In this document: in pieces, positions 39,583-48,122 of the stretch
Numbering within the stretch: position 1 is the first letter of the stretch
How the letters are laid out: each line of letters opens with the position of its first letter
Assembly: GCA_963745075.1 (NCBI GenBank)
Contig: CAVUWV010000036.1
Coordinates: 64,001 to 128,000 of the forward strand
Direction: 5' to 3'
From: Candidatus Hydrogenedentota bacterium
GTDB taxonomy: Bacteria > Hydrogenedentota > Hydrogenedentia > Hydrogenedentales > SLHB01
Length of the DNA stretch: 64,000 nt
Translations under genes and position numbers: made by a program
The notes under the pieces: generated by a model
Told to the model about the DNA's origin: nothing
What the model saw: only the letters and a program-made list of their open reading frames with translations
Databases searched by the model: none

Positions 39583-39738
39583 CTATTGCTGATCGCCGAG
39601 CTTGGTAATCACGACGTCACACTTTTTGCCGTCTTCGCTCGTGTCCTGATTGCAGTTGATGGTGATTTTGACGCCATTGGTTTGAACGGCGTATCCGGGC
39701 AACATTTTGGCCTTCGAATGCGAACCGATATGTTTCAT
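39583..39738 (-). CDS. Small peptide B, 51 aa (MKHIGSHSKAKMLPGYAVQTNGVKITINCNQDTSEDGKKCDVVITKLGDQQ)
   Basis: GGAGG RBS (ggaggtcggagtgttATG); leader and Cys motif shared with peptide A. Confidence 0.7.
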   Translation of the reverse strand: MKHIGSHSKAKMLPGYAVQTNGVKITINCNQDTSEDGKKCDVVITKLGDQQ

Positions 39739-39839
39739 AACACTCCGACCTCCGCACTCCCGAGCGGAAAAATCCGTCCACCCGGGCAGATCTTCCGCTT
39801 CCTCGTAATTGTAATCGATCAACGCGTGCTCAAATCGCC

Positions 39840-39998
39840 CTAATACACCACCCCACCTTTGTACGCCTTGCATTCGCACTTCTTCCGTTCCAACCCCGTG
39901 AGGCCCGCACACGGGTCCACAATACCGGGCCCCTTCGTTTCGGCGAGAACAGGCAGCTTCTTCAGGCTCGAATTGATCTTCAGATGCTTCATCTTCAT
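39840..39998 (-). CDS. Small peptide A, 52 aa (MKMKHLKINSSLKKLPVLAETKGPGIVDPCAGLTGLERKKCECKAYKGGVVY)
   Basis: GGAGG RBS (ggaggcgtagtgtcATG); absent from the ORF track; motifs shared with peptide B. Confidence 0.7.
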   Translation of the reverse strand: MKMKHLKINSSLKKLPVLAETKGPGIVDPCAGLTGLERKKCECKAYKGGVVY

Positions 39999-40144
39999 GA
40001 CACTACGCCTCCACCTTGAAATGCAAATCGCCAGACTCGGTCACCGGTAAGCAGCCTGGTCCCTTCACACAGATTACAACTGAGTTCACGAAGCGTTTCC
40101 CGCAAGGACCATTGCGACGCCGGGTTGTTCGGACCAAGCGCGTC

Positions 40145-40900
40145 CTACATCTTCATCTTCTTGAACTGCCAATCCGGGACATGACGGATGATGAGCATGA
40201 TGTACCGCCAAAACCACGGTACGTAGACGGTATTCTTGCGCTTGACGATGGCTGCGCACATGGCCTTGGCGGCCTGTTGCGGCGAGGCAACGAGGAACAG
40301 TCCCGGCAGGCCGAAGGTCATTTTCGTGTCTACGAAGCCGGGCTTGATCGTCGTCACGTGAACGCCCCGGTGATAGAGCCGGTTCCGCAAGCCTTCCAGA
40401 TACGCGCTCAAGCCCGCTTTGGATGCGCCGTAGATGTAATTGCTCTGACGCCCCCGATCGCCGGCCACGGAAGATATTGCCGCGATGAAGCCCGACCCCC
40501 GTTCTTCAAAATACGCCGCAAACTTTTCCAGCAAGGACACGGCGGACGTCAGGTTCACGTCAATCGTTCGCCGCGCGATATCGAATGCGGCCTGGGCATG
40601 CTCCTGCTCGTCCATAAAACCGTAACACAACACGACGCCGCCCAGTCCGCCATTGCCGGCCTCCACACACTGCGCGACGAAACCCTCGTGCGATTCAAAA
40701 TCCTCCGCTTCCAGGAGCAGCGGGATCGCATCCACCCCGCACCGCGTCCGGATATCCGCCGCGATGGTCTCCGCTTCTTCCTCATCGCGCGCGGCGAGCA
40801 CCACCGTGTTTCCCGCCCCGGCAAACTCATCCGCGAGCGCCCGGGCCATGGCCGACGTGGCGCCAAGCACAGCAATGGTTTCCTGCGCAGGCTCGCTCAT
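40145..40900 (-). CDS. DprE2-like SDR (polyprenyl-phospho-2-keto-pentose reductase)
   Basis: LGATSAMA, SSVAGDRGRQSNYIYGASK and KPGFVDTKMT; coupled to a DprE1-like gene. Confidence 0.85.
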   Translation of the reverse strand: MSEPAQETIAVLGATSAMARALADEFAGAGNTVVLAARDEEEAETIAADIRTRCGVDAIPLLLEAEDFESHEGFVAQCVEAGNGGLGGVVLCYGFMDEQEHAQAAFDIARRTIDVNLTSAVSLLEKFAAYFEERGSGFIAAISSVAGDRGRQSNYIYGASKAGLSAYLEGLRNRLYHRGVHVTTIKPGFVDTKMTFGLPGLFLVASPQQAAKAMCAAIVKRKNTVYVPWFWRYIMLIIRHVPDWQFKKMKM

Positions 40901-42309
40901 GATTCTTCATCCTTCGCCAAGTGCAGCCGCCGCGCCATGCGCGAGGACAAGATCCCCTGCGGATCCAGTCTGTGCCGCTCCTTCCGGAATTCTCCCACGC
41001 GCGGATACATGGCCGCGAATGCCTCCGCGTTCATGCACATATCCTTGGCAAGATACAGACGCCCTCCGTACTCGAGCACGAGCCGGTCGCACTCCGCCAG
41101 GAAGGCCAGCAACCCTTCCCGAATCGGAATGTCCAGCGTCAGCGTGTACCCTTCAAAGGGATACGACAAGAGCCCCGGCCCTTGCGGTCCGAATCGCTTC
41201 AGCACGGCCAGGAACGACGCGCACGAGGCCGCGCTGAGCCGTTCCAGCAAGTTGATTAGACCCTCCTCCCGGCCCGTGGGAAACGTCGCCTGATACTGCG
41301 TGAATCCGCGCTTCCCGTAAATGCGGTTCCAGTTGTGGACCGCGTCGAGCGGGTAGAAGTACGAGTCGTAATCGATGATTTTTCCGTCCGACGACGGATG
41401 GGCCGCGTAAAAAAACGCGTTGAACGTCTTGATGCTCAACGGATTCAACACGATCCCCGGAAAATCGAAAGGAACCCCGGGCTTCTTGCGGGCGCGCGCA
41501 CCAAACGGGTCGTTAGTAACGGCCGGCAGTGCATCCGCCGCCGCGTGTTCGCCGAGCATCAGAACCGAACGCCCAAGGCTCTTGCCTTTCGCCAGACAAT
41601 CCACCCACGCCACCGAATACTGGTAGTCCGCATCCGTCTCGCGGATCGTATCCAGCGTCTCATGGATGTTTTTCAGACGCCGGTAATCGACCTTCATATA
41701 CGCACTCTCGACGCGTTGCAGCCGCACCTTCGCCGTGAGAATCACTCCTGTCAACCCGATACCGCCCACGGTGGCCCAAAACACCCCCGGTTCCACATCG
41801 GCCGAACACACGATTCGTTGTCCAGTCGGCGTCAAGAGCGTCAGCTCGAGGACGTGCGCGCTGAACGTACCGTCGCGATGGTGATTCTTCCCATGCACGT
41901 CGTTGGCGATCGCACCGCCCACCGTGACGTACTTCGTGCCCGGAGTCACCGGTAGAAACCACCCCCGCGGGAGGAATACTTCGAGGATTTCCGCGAGACT
42001 GACGCCCCCTTCGCACTCCAGAACGCCGGCGTCATCGGCAAAGGCCAACATCCGGTTCAACCGGACCGTCGAGAGCACACCGCCCCCGCCGTTTACCGCC
42101 GTATCGCCGTAGCTGCGGCCCAACCCCCGCGCGATGTAGTGCGGTTGTTGGTCCGACTCCAGGATTTCGGCGACCGTCCGGCGCTTTTCCGGCCGGAACA
42201 CGGCGCATTTCTCCGCCGGATATCGGCCCCAACCGGATAGGTTTTGTGTCGACGACGGAATCAATGCATACCCCACATTTCGCGAAACGGATCGAATTAT
42301 AGAACCCAC
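40897..42309 (-). CDS. DprE1-like FAD-binding oxidoreductase (polyprenyl-phosphoribose 2'-oxidase)
   Basis: RGLGRSYGD, PVTPGTKYVTVGGAIANDVHGKNHH, YSVAWVD and GGRLYLAKD; start uncertain. Confidence 0.88.
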   Translation of the reverse strand: MGSIIRSVSRNVGYALIPSSTQNLSGWGRYPAEKCAVFRPEKRRTVAEILESDQQPHYIARGLGRSYGDTAVNGGGGVLSTVRLNRMLAFADDAGVLECEGGVSLAEILEVFLPRGWFLPVTPGTKYVTVGGAIANDVHGKNHHRDGTFSAHVLELTLLTPTGQRIVCSADVEPGVFWATVGGIGLTGVILTAKVRLQRVESAYMKVDYRRLKNIHETLDTIRETDADYQYSVAWVDCLAKGKSLGRSVLMLGEHAAADALPAVTNDPFGARARKKPGVPFDFPGIVLNPLSIKTFNAFFYAAHPSSDGKIIDYDSYFYPLDAVHNWNRIYGKRGFTQYQATFPTGREEGLINLLERLSAASCASFLAVLKRFGPQGPGLLSYPFEGYTLTLDIPIREGLLAFLAECDRLVLEYGGRLYLAKDMCMNAEAFAAMYPRVGEFRKERHRLDPQGILSSRMARRLHLAKDEES

Positions 42310-42350
42310 GGATCGAGGGTTACAACGGTATCACGCGGACGGCGTGCCCC

Positions 42351-42800
42351 CTATGATAGTCCCATCGATTGGTCGGGCAGCGGAGGCAGGGGAGCGCCGC
42401 GGCCGAATAGCTGCTTTACCGATTCGCGCGACAACACCACCAGGGTGAATATACCCAGGATCGTGCCAAAGGGAAACGACAAACATTCCAACGCCCCGAT
42501 TACCATGCAGAAAACATAGTGCGTTTGACGCGCCAGGAATCGACCGGCCAGGAACAGACAAAGCGCAACCGCAACGCCCAGAAAAAGGAAAACAGCGGCC
42601 ACCAGGACGAACACGACAGCCAAGGTTTGCGCCTGCTCCACATCACCTTCCATCTCTTGCGCGAATTCGGGAGATATCAGTATCACCAGACCCAGCGCCA
42701 TATACAGCACCGGAAACAACGACGCCACCATCGTCAACCCGGCACAAACGTAGTGAAAAATAGACAGCAGTTTCAGATGATCCAGGTCTTCCTTTCGCAT
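42351..42800 (-). CDS. Small membrane protein of unknown function
   Basis: HLKLLSIFHYV...CL.FPFGTILGIFTLVVL.RESVK..F; 3-4 TM helices. Confidence 0.7.
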   Translation of the reverse strand: MRKEDLDHLKLLSIFHYVCAGLTMVASLFPVLYMALGLVILISPEFAQEMEGDVEQAQTLAVVFVLVAAVFLFLGVAVALCLFLAGRFLARQTHYVFCMVIGALECLSFPFGTILGIFTLVVLSRESVKQLFGRGAPLPPLPDQSMGLS

Positions 42801-42956
42801 GCCCAGTTCCTCCCCTGGCGGTGACCCCGCAGCTTTACTGTACCCGCGTTGATGCCTCGATTGCCATTGTCCGGGCAAATCCGTTGTTCGCCCCTTCTCC
42901 TCGTGCTACACTCTCTTGATACGGAACGCTGTCGTGGATCGCTGGAGTAGTTCGCC

Positions 42957-44048
42957 GTGAAGGATATCAAGAACGTTCGATGGGCTCGCTGGATGTGTTT
43001 CGCCGTCGTGCTGAGCGTCGGCTGCGGCTATATCGCGGACAAAGACCGCATCAAGATCGCCCGCGTAGACGGCGACTACATCACCCGGGGTGATCTCGAA
43101 CAGGCTATCCGCACCATGTCGGCCGACGAGCGGCCCATCATCCGGACCAAGGGCGACGTGCGCCGGGCCCTCGAGAATCTCATCGATAAACAAATCAAAG
43201 ACGAACTGGCCGACGGGATGCGCAAAGAGGGCAAGATTCACGTGGACCGGGAACTCGCCCGGCAGATCACCATAGCGAAGCACCCCGAACAATTCGTCGA
43301 TATCAAGAACCCGGAAGATTACGGCCAGGAAGAGGGCTCGGAGCAATACAGGAAACAGGAGCAAGAGTACCTCATTGACGACGAGGTGCACCGGCTCGAA
43401 GCCGAGCAGGCCGTATACTTGAAGATCAAGGAAGCCGTGGAAAATGGCACGCTCAAGCCCACGGAACAGGAGTACCAGCAGGAATACGACCTGCGCAAAG
43501 AAGATCTGAAACATCCCGAGCGCATCGCTATTTCCGGCCTCCTCATCCCCGGCTCCGGGGAAGCCAGTGTCGGTGCGGCATCCGCCGTGCGCGGCCGCTT
43601 GGCTACCGGCGAATCCGCCGAAGATATCGCAAGCGAGATGCGCAACGTGAATGCAAGCGTGATTGAGTCCGCTCTGGAAAACAGCGGCAACGCCAAGTAT
43701 GCCGGTTTCTGGCAGCAGGCTTCCGGCGCGCAGAAGGGCGACATTCTCGGCCCCATCTACGTGACCGGTTGGGAGGCCATCCGACAAAACGCGCAGGGCC
43801 AGAGCGTCGCGCAACGACTACCCGACGGCGTGCTCGTTTGCAGAGTCACCGATTATACGCCCCCCGTACAGATGACCTTGGAAGAAGCCAAACCGGAACT
43901 CGACCGCGACATCCTCTACGCCAAAATGATGGACCTGCTACGCAAAGAGCACGGCGTGGAAATCTACGACGACAACCTGCCCGATCCGTCCATGTACGAA
44001 ACGGGTCAGTCGGTCATCCTCCAGCAACAGCGCAACATGGGCCAGTAA
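42957..44048 (+). CDS. SurA/PrsA-like foldase lipoprotein (degenerate parvulin domain)
   Basis: Lipobox LSVGC; IARVDGDYITRGDL; LEEAKPE C-terminal segment. Confidence 0.65.
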   Translation: MKDIKNVRWARWMCFAVVLSVGCGYIADKDRIKIARVDGDYITRGDLEQAIRTMSADERPIIRTKGDVRRALENLIDKQIKDELADGMRKEGKIHVDRELARQITIAKHPEQFVDIKNPEDYGQEEGSEQYRKQEQEYLIDDEVHRLEAEQAVYLKIKEAVENGTLKPTEQEYQQEYDLRKEDLKHPERIAISGLLIPGSGEASVGAASAVRGRLATGESAEDIASEMRNVNASVIESALENSGNAKYAGFWQQASGAQKGDILGPIYVTGWEAIRQNAQGQSVAQRLPDGVLVCRVTDYTPPVQMTLEEAKPELDRDILYAKMMDLLRKEHGVEIYDDNLPDPSMYETGQSVILQQQRNMGQ

Positions 44049-44096
44049 TGGCACGAACCGGCAAAAACCTCGCCGTAATTCCCAATTCGTAATGGC

Positions 44097-45605
44097 TCAC
44101 GTCGCCGCCCTTGCGGCCGCCGTGGGCGGACGCAACGGGCGTTGCGCCGCCGGTTCGGCCTGCGCTGCCGCCTGTGTGCGCCTTTCCTGAATGTAGTTTT
44201 CGATGGCGATCGTGCGGCTGATATTCGCCAACGCGATGATGAACCAGTAGGGCTCCATGATGCGCACGATGAGAAACGAGATCGTGCCCAGGGAGTGGAC
44301 GATAAGCGCAAGGGTCGTCACGAACGCGCCCAGCGACACGCCGCGCGCGACCCAGTCCGTCGACCAGAGATACCCCTCCCGCGTCGTTTTGAGCAGGCGC
44401 ATCTGTAGAAAGACGAACGCGATAAATCCGATAATCCCGCTTTCGATCAGGACCCGGGCATACTGACTGTCGAGGACCCGGTCCCACGACACACCACCCC
44501 CGAACCACGGCCAAATCCGGAGATTGTACCGCACCTTCTGCCATACGTAGAGCCGTTCGTGCGTCGACTTATCCACCTGCAGCCCGGTGTCATATTCCCC
44601 GATGGCCACCTCCTGGCCGCTGCCTCGTTGAAACGTGTAGTTGACTCGATCCTTCACGTCATCCGGCATGATAAAGGGCGAGGCGATCAGCACCACCATC
44701 ACCGCCACGATGATGGATGGCTTTCGCGACGCAAGTCCCAATACCACCAACCCCGCGATAAACGCGATATACGACGCACGCGACAAGGTGAACAGGAACG
44801 GGAAGAACGCGACCAGAGCGAGACACAGCATCCCCCGCCGCAGCCCTTTGGTCGGCGCTTGGGTATACAGCGCCGCTGCGATGCACATCACCATCACCAG
44901 GTAGCCGCCCAGTGTGTTCGGCTCGGTCCCGCCCTTCTCAAAGGGCGTGCTGACGCGTTCCATCCCGCTGACGAATCGCGTGTAAAGCCCAAACAACGAC
45001 ACGATCATCGCCACGACAAAGAACACGCCTAGCTGTTGCCGCATCTGTTTCACATTCCGAATCGAATTACCCACAAGCACGAAGATCATGTAGAACTCGG
45101 CCATCTTGAGCATCGTAAACAGCGCTTCCTTCTTGTCGAAAAGCGGAATGGAAGCTCGATAGGCCAGCATGGTCGAAAACAAACAGACTCCGTAATAGGC
45201 GGTGATTCCCGGATTGATCGGACTGGGCAGCCAGAGCGATTTGCGCCCTTCAAAGGCAAGTTTTACCAGCGCACCGACAAAGACTACGATAATCAGACCG
45301 TCGTTGTACCGCAGGTTGAGCATGCGATTGCCCATGCCCACCTTGCCCGCTTCGATTTCGGGCGACAGAAGCATGGCCACGATCAGGAAAAAGACCCCCA
45401 GCTCCACCCGCAGGATCGTCAAACCGAAGATCAGCAGGCTCACACCAACGGCGATCGTGATCGTCAGGTTCTGGAAAACACTGTGAAGGACCAGCAGCCC
45501 GATGGCCGACAACAGCATGAACCCGACAAAGAACGGAAACTCGACGCTACTTTCCGCAATTTCACCGCGGCCGACACCGTACTGGGAACGCTGAAACAGG
45601 GCCAC
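44097..45605 (-). CDS. O-antigen ligase / Wzy-like polymerase
   Basis: About 12 TM helices; EPNTLGGYL, TLSRAS, R..W...PWFG.G and DSQY...E.GI.G; GTG start re-called after the repeat element. Confidence 0.8.
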   Translation of the reverse strand: MALFQRSQYGVGRGEIAESSVEFPFFVGFMLLSAIGLLVLHSVFQNLTITIAVGVSLLIFGLTILRVELGVFFLIVAMLLSPEIEAGKVGMGNRMLNLRYNDGLIIVVFVGALVKLAFEGRKSLWLPSPINPGITAYYGVCLFSTMLAYRASIPLFDKKEALFTMLKMAEFYMIFVLVGNSIRNVKQMRQQLGVFFVVAMIVSLFGLYTRFVSGMERVSTPFEKGGTEPNTLGGYLVMVMCIAAALYTQAPTKGLRRGMLCLALVAFFPFLFTLSRASYIAFIAGLVVLGLASRKPSIIVAVMVVLIASPFIMPDDVKDRVNYTFQRGSGQEVAIGEYDTGLQVDKSTHERLYVWQKVRYNLRIWPWFGGGVSWDRVLDSQYARVLIESGIIGFIAFVFLQMRLLKTTREGYLWSTDWVARGVSLGAFVTTLALIVHSLGTISFLIVRIMEPYWFIIALANISRTIAIENYIQERRTQAAAQAEPAAQRPLRPPTAAARAAT

Positions 45606-45627
45606 CGTTAGGGTCTCCGATAGGAAC

Positions 45628-45804
45628 AAATCCGAAATCCAGAATCCAAAATCCAAAACAATTTCAAATGTTCAAATTTCCGAATTGCGAAAACATCCGT
45701 CGCGGTGACGGTTCCGTCACGGTGCAGAACCCAACTGGTCTTGGTCATTCTAGTTTCGGTCATTTGATTTTGTTTCGGATTTCAAGACTCGATATTCGAG
45801 CTTT
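45628..45804. repeat. Second heptamer-based imperfect inverted repeat, related to 5201-5368
   Basis: aaatccgaaatccagaatccaaaatccaaaacaatttcaaatg versus catttgattttgtttcggatttc. Confidence 0.75.
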
Positions 45805-45873
45805 GTGGCCGTTTCCCGTGATGGTGTCGTCACCCGTCATAGGCGAGCGAGACGGACATCAACCCCGGTTCAT

Positions 45874-48117
45874 TCAAAAATAATACCACCGCTTGGGTTT
45901 TTCCGATGCGGAATCGTCGTAGTAGTAATAGTAGTAGTAATAATGGCGCCGCGTGGCCTTCAGATTGTTCAGCACCACCCCGGCGATATTGGCCCGCGCC
46001 GTCTCCAACAGCTTCTTGCCCCGGATAACCGTCTCGCGCCGCGCGTGGTCGGCCGACACCACATGGACGACCGTATCCACTTCCGTCGCCAACAGCACCG
46101 GATCGGTCACGACCAACATAGACGGCGCGTCGCAAATCACCAGATCGAATTCACTGCCCAATTGTTCCAGCAGCTTCCGCATGCGATCGGACCCGATCAG
46201 TTCCGACGGGTTGGGCGGGACCCGCCCGCTGGAAATAATCCACAGGTTCTCGACCCGGGTCGGCCGAATGACCGTGTGCACGTCGTATCCTTCACGGAGC
46301 ACGTCCGCCAGCCCCGGCCCGCGTTCCATCCGCAAGACGTGGTGCACGTGAGGGCGCCGCAGGTCCGTATCGATGACGAGCACGCGCAACCCGCTGTCCG
46401 CAAACGTGACGGCCATGTTCACCGCCGTTGTCGTCTTGCCTTCCGCGGGCACGGAACTGGTCACCATGATCGTCTTGGGCTTCTCGTGGATCGTCGCCAA
46501 TTGGAACGTCGTACGCAAGGTCCGGTACGCTTCCGAAATCGGCGATTTCGGATCGTGCTGCGTTACAATGCAGGCATCCACCTGCCCTTCGTCGCTCATC
46601 ACCACGTAATCCCCGCCGCGGCGGACCTTCTGCTTTCCGAACCGCATCTGAGGGATCGTGCCGATCACGTCCAGCCCGATGTACTCCGTCACGTCTTCAA
46701 TCGACCGGATGGACGTGTCGTTCATTTCCGCCATCACGGCCAACCCGAACCCGATCACCAGCCCCACAAACGCACCGATGATGAAGTTCATCCACGGCTT
46801 GACCTGCTGCTCGACCGGCACTGCGCTGGCCGTCGCCACGCTTTGCCGCTCCACGTAGCCCTGCTCCCGGTTCAATCCCGTTGCGATCTCGAGCCGCTTG
46901 TCGAGCAGGGTGTTGAATTGACGCCGCAACTGATCGGCCTCGCGAACTAGGTTCTGGTATTCCTTGTCTTTGTCCGACAACGACGGAATGATCTGCTCCA
47001 GTTCCTTGATCAGGCGACGGTTGGTGGAACTCTGAATGTCGAGCGACGTGAGCTGCAGTTGCAGCGAGAGGTATTGATTCCGTAATTGCTTCCGATCCTG
47101 CAAAAGGTTCATGCCGGACGTCACCCCTTCGTCCACCTCCTGCATGGCCTGCAAAATCGCCTGCTCCTTCTCTTCGATACGGGCCTGGAGATCGCGCAAC
47201 GGACCCTGGTGCGGCTGCCATATCACCGAAAGCTGAATTCGCTGCCGTTGCAGTTCGTTCAGTTCCCCAAGCAGTCCCGTCACCACGTCGTCGGAAATCT
47301 GCCCAATGGACAGCGGAAGCTGTTCGTTCTTCGCGGCGAGCTGATCCTCGATGCCGCCCATCTTAGCCCGGATTTCTTCCTGCTGCGTTTCGGCGTTTGT
47401 CACTTCGCGGGCGAGCGACTGGATCTCGTTGACTACCTCGTCCTTCGTCCGGAACCCCATGCTCTTCCGGAACTCCCACAGCTTGCCGTCCGCCTCGTCG
47501 AGATCCTGGCGAACGTCGTCCAACTTTTGCAGCACGAAGCTGTGCGTCTCTTCCTCTTCTTCCAGCAGAAATTCCCGGTTCCGATCGATAAACACCCGCG
47601 CGCCAAATTCCGCGATCCGCTTGGCCTCCGCCTGGCTCGAAGCCGTCGTCGTGATCTGTATCATGCCCGCTTCCTGATTGGGCTCGATGCGCACGCGGCT
47701 CTCGATCTCCGCGACCTTCGCCAGAAACTCCTCTTCCGTCGAAACTCCGCCGCTCGGCAGACCGTCCGCGATCCCCTGCTGGATGAGTGCGCGGGTGAGA
47801 TCCTCGGCCACACCGTGACGGCTGACCCGCTCCACCAACGCCTGCGGCGTGTTCAGGAAAAGCGGTTTGGCCCCCACGTCTTTGAGCAGGCTTTTCTCCC
47901 AGGGAGACTGTTCCACCCGCAGTTGCGCCGATCCGACGAACTGGGGCTTCACATCGAAACTGAACAGACCGAAGATTCCGTACCCCACCGATGCCACCAA
48001 GGTGAACACGGCGATGAGACGCCACCGGCGCAGCCCCACGTTCAGGATATAGCGGAACTGGTTCTCGCGGGGCGCCTGGCCGGCCGCCTGCTCGAGGCCT
48101 GCAGTTTCCATTGCCAT
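45874..48117 (-). CDS. wzc: Wzc-type polysaccharide co-polymerase / BY tyrosine kinase
   Basis: Two TM helices flank a coiled-coil periplasmic domain; SEAYRTLRT, Walker A SSVPAEGKTT, IDTDLRRP, DAP and a C-terminal run of 8 Tyr. Confidence 0.93.
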   Translation of the reverse strand: MAMETAGLEQAAGQAPRENQFRYILNVGLRRWRLIAVFTLVASVGYGIFGLFSFDVKPQFVGSAQLRVEQSPWEKSLLKDVGAKPLFLNTPQALVERVSRHGVAEDLTRALIQQGIADGLPSGGVSTEEEFLAKVAEIESRVRIEPNQEAGMIQITTTASSQAEAKRIAEFGARVFIDRNREFLLEEEEETHSFVLQKLDDVRQDLDEADGKLWEFRKSMGFRTKDEVVNEIQSLAREVTNAETQQEEIRAKMGGIEDQLAAKNEQLPLSIGQISDDVVTGLLGELNELQRQRIQLSVIWQPHQGPLRDLQARIEEKEQAILQAMQEVDEGVTSGMNLLQDRKQLRNQYLSLQLQLTSLDIQSSTNRRLIKELEQIIPSLSDKDKEYQNLVREADQLRRQFNTLLDKRLEIATGLNREQGYVERQSVATASAVPVEQQVKPWMNFIIGAFVGLVIGFGLAVMAEMNDTSIRSIEDVTEYIGLDVIGTIPQMRFGKQKVRRGGDYVVMSDEGQVDACIVTQHDPKSPISEAYRTLRTTFQLATIHEKPKTIMVTSSVPAEGKTTTAVNMAVTFADSGLRVLVIDTDLRRPHVHHVLRMERGPGLADVLREGYDVHTVIRPTRVENLWIISSGRVPPNPSELIGSDRMRKLLEQLGSEFDLVICDAPSMLVVTDPVLLATEVDTVVHVVSADHARRETVIRGKKLLETARANIAGVVLNNLKATRRHYYYYYYYYDDSASEKPKRWYYF

Positions 48118-48122
48118 CCGAG

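Noticed and set aside
39739..39912. 109-aa ORF 39583..39912 as listed in the ORF track
   Set aside because: Better explained as peptide B starting at 39738 with its own RBS; the extension overlaps peptide A in another frame.
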